Origin: a virus
Taxonomy: Duplodnaviria; Caudoviricetes
IMG/VR virus record: IMGVR_UViG_3300042268_000564
Direction: 5' to 3' (one strand)
DNA length: 64,000 nucleotides
Positions 28,095 to 37,398 of the stretch are shown in pieces. The notes beneath the pieces were generated by a model. That model did not search any database. It was given only the letters and a program-made list of their open reading frames with translations, and was not told where the DNA came from. The position numbers were made by a program, and so were the translations under genes. How positions within the stretch are numbered: position 1 is the first letter of the stretch; each line of letters starts with the position of its first letter.

Positions 28095-31012
28095 TGGTGA
28101 AAGATATAAAAGGTAATAAAGAGCTTGGCGATGGTGCCAAAATAAACTTTTTGGGCAAAGATTTTTCTTTGGCTGAATTAAGGCAGCTTGGTATTGATGA
28201 CCCTGATGCCATTGCCATGCGTGGAAAAATTCTTGAGAACAATCAGAAAGCAATGAAAGCGTCGGGCAAAATGTTGCCAATGGTGCTTGTGCCACATCAT
28301 CAGATTAGAATTTGGCGAACAGACAGAATCCGAGACATAAATACCGGGATATTGGAGGATATAAAAGTCTTTCCAGTGCAGCCTAATAACGGTTCTCGTG
28401 ATATTCTTGGTGTGAAATTTGATTATAGCTTCGAGCAGGGCTATACGAGCTTTACGTTGACTTTTAATAATGCGAGAGGGAAAAATAAGAGCAGATTTGC
28501 GTCTGGTGATTTGGTTGAGGTTTATTTCCGACTTGTCACAGAGGACGAATTGCGCAGTCTTGAAACATCAGGCTCTTTATATCAGAAAAATAAAGAATCC
28601 ATTAAAGGAATGCCTTTATGTTTTACAGGTGTTTTGGATAAATACACGGCAAGGCAATCGCCAGATGGATTGACAATAGAATGGGCAGGACGTAGCGGTG
28701 GCTATATCCTTGCAGAGCGTAATGTTAGTATGACTTTCCCTAAAGATAGTAAAGATAATAAGAATGGGCTTATGTCTTACGAAGAGATTCTGTGGGAAAT
28801 AATTACCAAAAAAACTGGTTTGGTAATGGGTGAAATTGACCTTGGCATGACAAAGGGTCGAACAGCAGAGGGAAAAGAGTTAACTTTCGAGAATGGGATG
28901 GACTTGTTAAGTCCTGATGTAGAACAGGAAAACACAAAGACGTTTGGCGAAGACTTCCTTAAAGAGGTAGAGGCAATACTTCTTAAACATCCATATTGTT
29001 GCTTTGAAGAACAATCATCTAAAAAAGCGGAATTCAATTCAAAGCAGGACACGGGACAGAAGAAACAGCCAAGATGGTCTTGTTTGTTGGAATATGATTT
29101 GTTACATCCTGAGTTTTTTTCAAAGGCTGAGGTAGAAAGTGGCGATGAGTCTATTATTGGTGATTATAAAATTCCTCTTGGCGGCTCGAAAACCGAGAAT
29201 GCTGCTAAGGGGATTAATGGTGCTGAAGCGACGAAAGATTCTGGCAGTATAAATGAGAAAATTCGTTTTAAAACGGAATGGGCAAGGGATTTATATAAAT
29301 TACAGCATGACAGAGTTACAAAAAACCGCAATATCATTGCAAACTCAGCAGAAATACGTGCACAATATGATTTGAAAAATTCTGCCTTTCAGTGGGTAGA
29401 GATTGGTTCTGATTGGATATATGAAAACCAGAACGCAACCTTTGAAAGGTTATTTAAAGAAACGTATGGTCGTGCTACAAAGAATGAGACAGAGTTCGAT
29501 GCTTGGGTGGCGGAGATTGAGAAAATCAATAAAATGCCAACCCAAGGTTTTTGGGCTTGGCTTTTTGGTGGTGGCGAAGAAAAAACGGAGCAGCAAAAAG
29601 CAACAAGAGATAAATGTGCTCAAGAGCGTAATTGGTATGTAAGATGGAGACCCGGTCAACCTTTTAAAGTCGGTGATTATGTTGTCACACCTCGACCGAA
29701 CAAAGAAGAGAACACGAGAAAGAAATATTATGTCAAAGATGGCGTTTTAAATGCTCCAGAACAGGGGAAAGACCCCGAAAAGGTGATGGACATTTACACG
29801 GTTTATTCTTATTCGGCGAGTGATAATCCGAACTACAAGGTTCAGATTGATTATGCAGGTGATGACAATTTTGTCAGAGTGAATGTTTATACGACAGATT
29901 CCCTTAAGGGAAGGGTATTTCAATCTGTCCCTAACAGGGTCGATGCAATAGCACAAGCGATAGAGAACCTTGCGCCATTAGAGGTAGTTATTGCTGAGGC
30001 TGGCACAAAGGATTTGGGACAAAAGGTAAAAGAGGAAACGTATGTCTTAGATGCGCAATCTGATGATACTGCCGTTTGGACAAAAGCTGAATTAACAAAG
30101 GCAACATGTGAAACTAATGGACAAATAGTTCAAGAGATTAACAAGATTCTCAAAAAGTTTTTTTCCTGTGTCTTTTTTGTTGATGAATACGGTATCGGAC
30201 ATATTAGACCTCGTTATAAGAATGTTCAAAAAAAGGAAGAGGGCACAAAGACTACGCCGCCAGTTTGGGGGCTTTATGCAGGGCAGCCGATTTATCCAAG
30301 GTTATTTGAGACCGAGATTTCAGACAATCTTAAATCTACGCCATCATCTGTGATAGTGCATGGACAAGTTAATGCCGATGGTGCGGGAGTATTTGCGAAG
30401 GTTGACCATGCTATTTTAATGGGATTATTTGGGGAGCAACAAAGATTTGAAGAAGTGAATCAATCTGTTAATAGTAGAATTGAAGCGAAGAATATAGCAA
30501 AGAATAAACTGTTGGACATGGCAAGAAATGCTCTTACCTTTGCCTGTCAGTGTGATTTGATACCTGAGTTGCGACCGGGGCATAGAGTAGATATTGTTGA
30601 TGCTGCAACGGGGGTTGTGGGTAGGTTTTTGGCAGAAAGTATCCAGTGGGAATATTCAAAAGATACGGGAACAAAAATGTCCGTTGGGCTTTCGTTTTGT
30701 GAATTTGCATCAGAAGATGCTTTTACTTCGTCTGCGATTGTTTCTAGTAAGAAACTTAGCGAAAACTATGGAAAACAGCTTTCTGAGAATATTAACGCAA
30801 GAAAAAGTTTGTTCGGTTTTCCTTTGCTTAGAGAGAGTAGTTTGGAAACAGGAAAAGACGAAGAATCGCTTAAAAATATTAATGCAGAATTTGCCGACAA
30901 AGTGCTGCCTCAATTTAATTTGGGGAAAGACGGCGGGGTTATTCAGTTCATTCCAAGAGAGGGTTTTGAGACACCCACGAACAAGGATGGAACTGGTGGG
31001 GTTAAGAAATAG
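28094..31012 (+). CDS. Baseplate hub (gpD/gp27-like) with large insertion
   Basis: FTLTFNN...GDLVEVY, FTGVLD...IEWAGRS, FFVDEYG and PELRPGHRVDI..GRFLAESIQW motifs. Confidence 0.75.
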   Translation: MVKDIKGNKELGDGAKINFLGKDFSLAELRQLGIDDPDAIAMRGKILENNQKAMKASGKMLPMVLVPHHQIRIWRTDRIRDINTGILEDIKVFPVQPNNGSRDILGVKFDYSFEQGYTSFTLTFNNARGKNKSRFASGDLVEVYFRLVTEDELRSLETSGSLYQKNKESIKGMPLCFTGVLDKYTARQSPDGLTIEWAGRSGGYILAERNVSMTFPKDSKDNKNGLMSYEEILWEIITKKTGLVMGEIDLGMTKGRTAEGKELTFENGMDLLSPDVEQENTKTFGEDFLKEVEAILLKHPYCCFEEQSSKKAEFNSKQDTGQKKQPRWSCLLEYDLLHPEFFSKAEVESGDESIIGDYKIPLGGSKTENAAKGINGAEATKDSGSINEKIRFKTEWARDLYKLQHDRVTKNRNIIANSAEIRAQYDLKNSAFQWVEIGSDWIYENQNATFERLFKETYGRATKNETEFDAWVAEIEKINKMPTQGFWAWLFGGGEEKTEQQKATRDKCAQERNWYVRWRPGQPFKVGDYVVTPRPNKEENTRKKYYVKDGVLNAPEQGKDPEKVMDIYTVYSYSASDNPNYKVQIDYAGDDNFVRVNVYTTDSLKGRVFQSVPNRVDAIAQAIENLAPLEVVIAEAGTKDLGQKVKEETYVLDAQSDDTAVWTKAELTKATCETNGQIVQEINKILKKFFSCVFFVDEYGIGHIRPRYKNVQKKEEGTKTTPPVWGLYAGQPIYPRLFETEISDNLKSTPSSVIVHGQVNADGAGVFAKVDHAILMGLFGEQQRFEEVNQSVNSRIEAKNIAKNKLLDMARNALTFACQCDLIPELRPGHRVDIVDAATGVVGRFLAESIQWEYSKDTGTKMSVGLSFCEFASEDAFTSSAIVSSKKLSENYGKQLSENINARKSLFGFPLLRESSLETGKDEESLKNINAEFADKVLPQFNLGKDGGVIQFIPREGFETPTNKDGTGGVKK

Positions 31013-31029
31013 ATAAGGGGTAGATACAA

Positions 31030-34000
31030 ATGGATGGCTCTATAGTAGGCTATTTAGATGCCATGATGACCTCTAAGGTCAATGAGTTGGCAAATAATGA
31101 GACTCAACAAGTGCTGGGTAATAACCAGCAATTTTATACCATAAATACTCGCCGTCGAGGGCATGATGCGGTAGAGATGACTATGTTGCAGGTGAACTTG
31201 TTAACACCTTATGCTGGCGACGGCTATGGCATGGTTTGCGCACCTCGGACAGGGCAGAATATGCTTGTTGCACCTGTAAGAGGGAAAGAGTCTGCTGCCG
31301 TAGCATTAGGACGCATTTACACCACAAATGAAAATATCCCTGCGCATAATGTAGGTGATTTTTTAATCCATCATGAAACCCATTCAGAGTTATTGTTCGC
31401 TTTTACTCAGCCAATTGTAGAATTTGACGGCACGTTAAGAGGTATGGTTCTTGAGCTTGCAGACAAAGAAGATGGTGCCAAAGCTGACAGTAGAACATTT
31501 ACTGTTTCGACTGACGATAAGACGATATCTTTGCAAGAGGGTGACACTGTTTCAGTAATCTTGCTTAATGAGATGCAGAATGACTCCCCTGAACAAAGAG
31601 CAGGCGACGTCGCAGACCCCCGTTTGACATGGGCTACAAAGGTTGTAAAAGGTGCCGACCAGTCATTAACGGTTACGGTAACGAGCCAGCAATTGAGTAA
31701 CGGTCTTGATATTGCCGACTATTCTGAGCCGGATATTAAGCAGTTTAAAGCTTTTAAGATTTTGCCAGACAAGGGGCTGGTCCAGCTCAAGCATTACACG
31801 GGTTCAGGGTTGCATATGGACGAATACCCTGATTATGTATTTTTTGATAATTCGGATGACGACGCTACAGAAGAGAATATTGTGGTTGTAAGGCATAATG
31901 TTAATGCTGTAATCGGCGATGTAATAAGAACCGAAAAAGATGGGGAAAAAGTGCAGGTGTCCAAGCATAGGGCTAAGGGCATGATGTCGCTTTTGAATTA
32001 TAATCAGTCTGGTTTATTGGCGAGAGAGACACAAATACAATATCGAGCTGGTGCTACGCAGTTATTAATGCAATTACAGAAGGATTCTCCGCTTTCAGAT
32101 GTGTCGGGTGAAAGAATTGACCCGCAAACTCCTGAATTGCAGTTTATTATGGAGGATATTACTCAGGATGAACGAGATGTGGCTACAAGAGCGGTCTTGC
32201 GACAATTAAGTTCTGGCACATTGACAGGAATGTCTAAGAAAAATTGTTTTAAATATCCAGAGCTGCGATTTCAAGCTGAAGATGGGCATTACGGTGTAGA
32301 TGGAACAAACGTGGAGACCATTGAGCTTGAGGGTAGTGGATTTTTTGTAGAAGATTTCTTAAAGCAATTTGACGAGGATAAAGAAGGTTGGAAATTTGCC
32401 AGCAGGCTTGATGCAAAAAAACAGTATAAAGAATTTGATGATAAATTTTATGAGGCAATGGACAGTGATTTAACCTCTCGCAGCGATGAGGATGGCGAGT
32501 ATGATATAGAATACAAAAAACGTATCATTCCTGCGTCAGGTCGTAGAGATGTAATGCTTAAAGTTGAGGGGGAAGATAATAAAGTTCCTCTTTTAAGCAG
32601 TAAACTCGAAACTCTTACTGATGAAAATAAGCAGTTTATTGGGCAAAAAGGTTATCTTTATAAGACGCATGATGACAAAGATGTAATGGAAGATGGCTAT
32701 CTTTGTAATCCGAAAGGTAGGGTAGCATTTACTCATTACACACGCTCAGGAATTGATATAAGAGAGCTTGACCCTGATATTGATTTTCATGGGATTCAGG
32801 CAAGCTTTAATTTGTATGGTTGGGACTTGGGGCAGTATTCCATTTTACATGAGTATTCCAAGAATCGTGATTCAGCGGAAATGACTTTTGGCCCTTATCC
32901 GTTACCTTTAGCTGGTTTTGTAATGGAATCTGCTAAGATTGATTATGGTAAGGTTGCTAATAATGCTGCAATACCTACATTGCCAGTAGCTCACACACAA
33001 TATCCTCAGAAAAGTTTAAAAGATGATGACCATTCTGGTAGAACTACTTTGACTACTTATGGTGAAACTGCTACATGGGTTGGAATTGAGCAATTTTCAT
33101 CTCACATTCAACAAGTTTCAGGAAACTTTGATGATTTTTTGGGTGACACAAATTCCGAGACCTCTATGACGGAAGGTTTGGCTGAGGGCAGATTCGGCAG
33201 CAGGCTTCTTTTTAAGGACTATGTAATCCATGCCACACCAGATGATGACAAGACGCCATTAATAGCAGCAGCAAAATGGCAAAACAAACGTGGCGAGACT
33301 CACAAGTTGCTCGCACCAAAAGGTTCGGTAGAGCTGCATCACTATACAGGGTCAGGCTTGGCTTTTTATGATAAAAAGCAGCATTATATCAGTAAGTTTG
33401 GTGGCGGACATTCGATGGCGATGCGATTGAGTTTGCGCAGTTTTAATTTTATTGAGATGAAAGATAATGAGGCTGTGAATCCTTACGCAAATGATGACGG
33501 TTATTTTTTCTGTGAGATGCTGTCGAATGAAGTGGTGGACAAAGAGCCATATACTTTCTCATTGGATGAAAATGCTTTTGACGAAGAGGGTTCCCCAAGA
33601 GGGAAGGCACCGTCAGAAGCGCATGGGAAACGTGCTGCAACAACAGGTTTTGCACATGGTACAACAAGAACTGAAAAGTGGGAAATTGACCCTAAGTTTT
33701 ATATTGAGGATTATGTTATTCCGCAGGAAAGTGATGCAGGAATAGACTATTTCCCATCCCATATTTACAAGCCTAAAGAAGGGAAAGAACCAAGAAAACT
33801 TCTTATGCCGAAGGGCGAGGGGGGTATAACTTTTTGGAATTATTCTCAAGTAAAATTTGGGGATTGGGAAAAACAGAATGAGGAGGGGATTGACCCTGAA
33901 GACGTTGCTCGTGGCAAAAAGCAGAGACCTTATACGTATCTTGAATTGAATGCGTGGAATAACCAGAAGATAGATAGTCCAGACGAATGTCCTGCTCAAC

Positions 34001-34875
34001 CATACGTAGAGCCGTCGGCGGCTTTAGAAATGTCTTGTACTGCAAATATGGCTAATTACAATGGCAAAGATGCTGTGACGCTCGTATTGGAAACGCATTC
34101 CAACAAAGTTGAAAGTGAGTCGCATGGTTGTGCGCTTCTTTTTGAAGATTATGTGGATTATTCAGGTGATGAGGGGGAATCTTGCCATATATATGATGAT
34201 TCGGACGATGCATCAAAACGCAAGCCATTATTAATGCCAAAGGGCAGCTTGACGTTGCAGCATTATACAAAATCGGGCTTATTTATCTGGGATGCAGATA
34301 TAAAAGATAAGGACTCTCATAAGCCATATATGGAATTAAGGCTCACACCTTGGGATGAAGACAAGCCAAAAGCCGAGCCTGTGGCTATATTTTTTGCGCA
34401 AGACCAGACGACGCCTAAAACTGAAGAGGCTGTTAAGATGGGGCTTGTTCATGTTGATACTGTGACGGGGTTAAAAGTTGTTGACACTTTAAACGAAAAA
34501 GATAAGCATCAAATGATAACTTCGTTACATCATCGTGGCGAGGAAGAGTCATATTTAACGTTCACCGACAAAGACGATGAAGGCACAGATGTTAAGGTTG
34601 AGCTGCGGCACAAGGCTGGAGATTATTTGCAAATTGAATCTAATAATGAAACAGAAGTTTTATTAAAACTGAATCATCATACTGATATGGGGATTAAGTT
34701 CTTTAATACTGGTGGCAATAATTTGGCAGAACTTTATCATCCATCAGGTGCGGCTGTTACAATTCTGAATGATGGAACAATACAGCTTAAGCCTGTGACG
34801 CAGGTTTTAGTGGATGGCGATTTACATGTTGCTGGCACTATAACGTCGCCGGGTGGCGAATGGCACATGCCGTAA
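31030..34875 (+). CDS. Baseplate central spike (gpV/gp45-like), greatly enlarged
   Basis: N-terminal OB-fold pattern (TPYAGDGYGMVCAPRTGQNMLV...VALGRIY) and C-terminal spike tip (HPSGAAVTILNDGTI...VDGDLHVAGTIT). Confidence 0.75.
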   Translation: MDGSIVGYLDAMMTSKVNELANNETQQVLGNNQQFYTINTRRRGHDAVEMTMLQVNLLTPYAGDGYGMVCAPRTGQNMLVAPVRGKESAAVALGRIYTTNENIPAHNVGDFLIHHETHSELLFAFTQPIVEFDGTLRGMVLELADKEDGAKADSRTFTVSTDDKTISLQEGDTVSVILLNEMQNDSPEQRAGDVADPRLTWATKVVKGADQSLTVTVTSQQLSNGLDIADYSEPDIKQFKAFKILPDKGLVQLKHYTGSGLHMDEYPDYVFFDNSDDDATEENIVVVRHNVNAVIGDVIRTEKDGEKVQVSKHRAKGMMSLLNYNQSGLLARETQIQYRAGATQLLMQLQKDSPLSDVSGERIDPQTPELQFIMEDITQDERDVATRAVLRQLSSGTLTGMSKKNCFKYPELRFQAEDGHYGVDGTNVETIELEGSGFFVEDFLKQFDEDKEGWKFASRLDAKKQYKEFDDKFYEAMDSDLTSRSDEDGEYDIEYKKRIIPASGRRDVMLKVEGEDNKVPLLSSKLETLTDENKQFIGQKGYLYKTHDDKDVMEDGYLCNPKGRVAFTHYTRSGIDIRELDPDIDFHGIQASFNLYGWDLGQYSILHEYSKNRDSAEMTFGPYPLPLAGFVMESAKIDYGKVANNAAIPTLPVAHTQYPQKSLKDDDHSGRTTLTTYGETATWVGIEQFSSHIQQVSGNFDDFLGDTNSETSMTEGLAEGRFGSRLLFKDYVIHATPDDDKTPLIAAAKWQNKRGETHKLLAPKGSVELHHYTGSGLAFYDKKQHYISKFGGGHSMAMRLSLRSFNFIEMKDNEAVNPYANDDGYFFCEMLSNEVVDKEPYTFSLDENAFDEEGSPRGKAPSEAHGKRAATTGFAHGTTRTEKWEIDPKFYIEDYVIPQESDAGIDYFPSHIYKPKEGKEPRKLLMPKGEGGITFWNYSQVKFGDWEKQNEEGIDPEDVARGKKQRPYTYLELNAWNNQKIDSPDECPAQPYVEPSAALEMSCTANMANYNGKDAVTLVLETHSNKVESESHGCALLFEDYVDYSGDEGESCHIYDDSDDASKRKPLLMPKGSLTLQHYTKSGLFIWDADIKDKDSHKPYMELRLTPWDEDKPKAEPVAIFFAQDQTTPKTEEAVKMGLVHVDTVTGLKVVDTLNEKDKHQMITSLHHRGEEESYLTFTDKDDEGTDVKVELRHKAGDYLQIESNNETEVLLKLNHHTDMGIKFFNTGGNNLAELYHPSGAAVTILNDGTIQLKPVTQVLVDGDLHVAGTITSPGGEWHMP

Positions 34876-34908
34876 TTGTGTAAAGTTTTAAAGCAGGAGA
34901 ATTGAAAA

Positions 34909-35316
34909 GTGATAGCAGGATTAGAACAGCTCGGAATTGGGTTAGCTGAAACATTTTCTACTCGTGAAGCATTTATAAGCGAGCAGAATGATATTGCCAC
35001 GACCGCTGATGAGTTGGAAAATTTTGCTAATGCAATCTGGCGAAGGATAATGACCCCGCTGGGGTTTTATCCAGAATTTCCTGATTATGGTTGCGAGATT
35101 CATTCCCTGCGGGGACTTGGGTTTGTGCCTGAGACGTTAAGCTTGGCTGAAATTTTTGTAACGCAGGCTCTTGTTCGAGAGGTAAGAGTGCAGAAAATCG
35201 TATCTATTTCTGTATATCCAACCGATTACAGAGCACTAGCATTTTACGTGGTGTTGCAGCCGATTGATACGCCAAATCCATATGTAATGACATTTGATTA
35301 TTTTCTGGAAAATTAA
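34909..35316 (+). CDS. Baseplate wedge/sheath initiator (gp25/gpW-like)
   Basis: NAIWRRIMTPLG..P.YGC...QALVREVRVQKI motif. Confidence 0.85.
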   Translation: MIAGLEQLGIGLAETFSTREAFISEQNDIATTADELENFANAIWRRIMTPLGFYPEFPDYGCEIHSLRGLGFVPETLSLAEIFVTQALVREVRVQKIVSISVYPTDYRALAFYVVLQPIDTPNPYVMTFDYFLEN

Positions 35317-35328
35317 AGGGGTTATAAA

Positions 35329-37395
35329 ATGCCAACTTTCAGGGTATTTGATGTAGATGCTTTGCCATCAACGCAAGATTTATTAAGCGAATCGCTTGTT
35401 AATATAGTTGCTACAACGCCGGGGATAACAGATATTGCGGTTGGCAGTAAGTTGTGGAGTATTTGTTATGCTATTGCTCGTCAAAAAGCGTCGATTTATT
35501 ACACGCTCCATTTTTATAAAAAACAATCTTATGTTATTACAGCGTCGGGCAAATATCTTGACTTGCATGGCATAGAAGTCGGTGTTTTCCGACAGCCTGC
35601 CATTTCTGCAAGAGGGCAAGCAACTTTTTCAAGAACGTCACCGTCAGCTTATAAAATCCTTATCCCATCTGGGACAGTTGTTACAACGCCTGTTCTTAGC
35701 ACTGCGTCTGATGTCAAGAAATTTGTAACCACTGAAGATGTTTTCATTGAAGTCGGTGGGACTACTGCGACTGTTGATGTTGCGGCGGCTGTTGCGGGTG
35801 AAACAGGGAATTTGCCTGCTGGTGCGATTGCAAGAATAGAAGCCCCTATAGCGGGGGTTCAGGCAGTAACGGCTACTTCAACGAGTGGTGGGACTGAGAT
35901 TGAATCTGATGAATCTTTGCGAGAGCGCATTTTGTCTGCGTGGGCTGGCAGGATGTCGGGAACCTCAGACGCAATTCGAGATGCGATTCTATCTGTAACT
36001 GGAATACGAAGTGTTCTTATTATTGACCCTGCAAGAAATAGAGTCAAGCAGTCGCACATGATAAAATCGCTTGCTGGACAACCGATGGTATCTTTGGAAA
36101 CCAAAACGCCACTCGAAGCCAAGTATGATTTATATTCAAGCTTGCAATATGAGGATGATGGTCTAACTTTGAATATTAAGCAGTATGATGATACTGGGAA
36201 TCTTTTGTATGCAGAAAAAGCATCTGCATTGTCGGATGGGATTAGTGTTTTAGCCAAGGTGAATTATCTAAGTAAGAGTGCAATTATAGAGATTTTTTCG
36301 ATTGCACTTGATGATAACCCTTATGATGACCTAAGCCCGGTTGCTACAGACCGTCAGGCAGTATATGTTAGGACACTGAGCGAAGAAGTTAGCAACCAGC
36401 CTGTAACTCTTATTATTGCGAAAGACCCAAGTAACGCCGAGAATAAAAGGCTTGTTGTTTCTACATTTGCACAATTCAGACACAATGAAATACTTGGACA
36501 GACAGAAGTTACGCCATTGGTTGAGGTATTTGATGGATTTCAAACATATTCGGGAATGTGCAATAAAGTAAATGCCGAGTCTAAACTTATCCAGATGGAA
36601 CTTTTGGATGTTAAAGTTGCCACAGAGGAATTAATGCCTACGTGGAATCAGGCATATTCTACGAATACCGTTCAAACTAAATTTAGACCAATTGTTGAGC
36701 TGTTGTCGCCAACAGGGAGTAATTTCGAGGTGCTTGACCAGACTAACGGAATTATAAAAGTCGGGTCTGGGGCAGTGATGTCTGCGATAGAGTTCAGTTA
36801 TAGATACGAGACTGATTTTGGTTCAAGGTCGGTCGAGGAATTGACAATTAATTTGCAAGATGATGGGTCGAGTCTCGTATATGCAATGCCTCTTACTGGT
36901 TATTCTGATGAGTTAATGGAAAATGTTTCTTATTTGACAGAAATTCCTGCTGTTTATACTGAGACAAAAATGGAGCCACATTATGAATTAGTGAGAGGTC
37001 GTATCGACGTGGTGCCTGTGCCTTATGCTCTGCCAATAAGTGATGAGTTAGTAGCGGAGGTGGTTGCGGCGGCAGAAAGAGTTAAGCCTGCTGGCGTAGA
37101 GCTTTATATCCAGTCGCCAAGCGTTCAATATATCGATGTTTCTGTGGTAATAGAAGTGGAAACTAAGAATGACGCTATATTGCCATCTCAATTTTACGAG
37201 ACAATTAGAACCAATATTACGAATTACATAAATCAGCTCGACATGGGCGAGGCGGCTTATGTTGAAAGAATTATTGCTGCGGCGAATCCTGATATCGAGG
37301 GTTTAAAAGTGGCTCATGTTTTGAGTCCAGAAAATGATATATCACCTGCGCCATTAACATTCTTGCGAGCAGGCACTATTGAGTTTGTGGAGTAA
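35329..37395 (+). CDS. Baseplate J-like protein
   Basis: ASGKYLDLHG, GETGNLPAGAI, GGTEIESDESLRERI and VKPAGV motifs. Confidence 0.92.
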   Translation: MPTFRVFDVDALPSTQDLLSESLVNIVATTPGITDIAVGSKLWSICYAIARQKASIYYTLHFYKKQSYVITASGKYLDLHGIEVGVFRQPAISARGQATFSRTSPSAYKILIPSGTVVTTPVLSTASDVKKFVTTEDVFIEVGGTTATVDVAAAVAGETGNLPAGAIARIEAPIAGVQAVTATSTSGGTEIESDESLRERILSAWAGRMSGTSDAIRDAILSVTGIRSVLIIDPARNRVKQSHMIKSLAGQPMVSLETKTPLEAKYDLYSSLQYEDDGLTLNIKQYDDTGNLLYAEKASALSDGISVLAKVNYLSKSAIIEIFSIALDDNPYDDLSPVATDRQAVYVRTLSEEVSNQPVTLIIAKDPSNAENKRLVVSTFAQFRHNEILGQTEVTPLVEVFDGFQTYSGMCNKVNAESKLIQMELLDVKVATEELMPTWNQAYSTNTVQTKFRPIVELLSPTGSNFEVLDQTNGIIKVGSGAVMSAIEFSYRYETDFGSRSVEELTINLQDDGSSLVYAMPLTGYSDELMENVSYLTEIPAVYTETKMEPHYELVRGRIDVVPVPYALPISDELVAEVVAAAERVKPAGVELYIQSPSVQYIDVSVVIEVETKNDAILPSQFYETIRTNITNYINQLDMGEAAYVERIIAAANPDIEGLKVAHVLSPENDISPAPLTFLRAGTIEFVE

Positions 37396-37398
37396 ATA

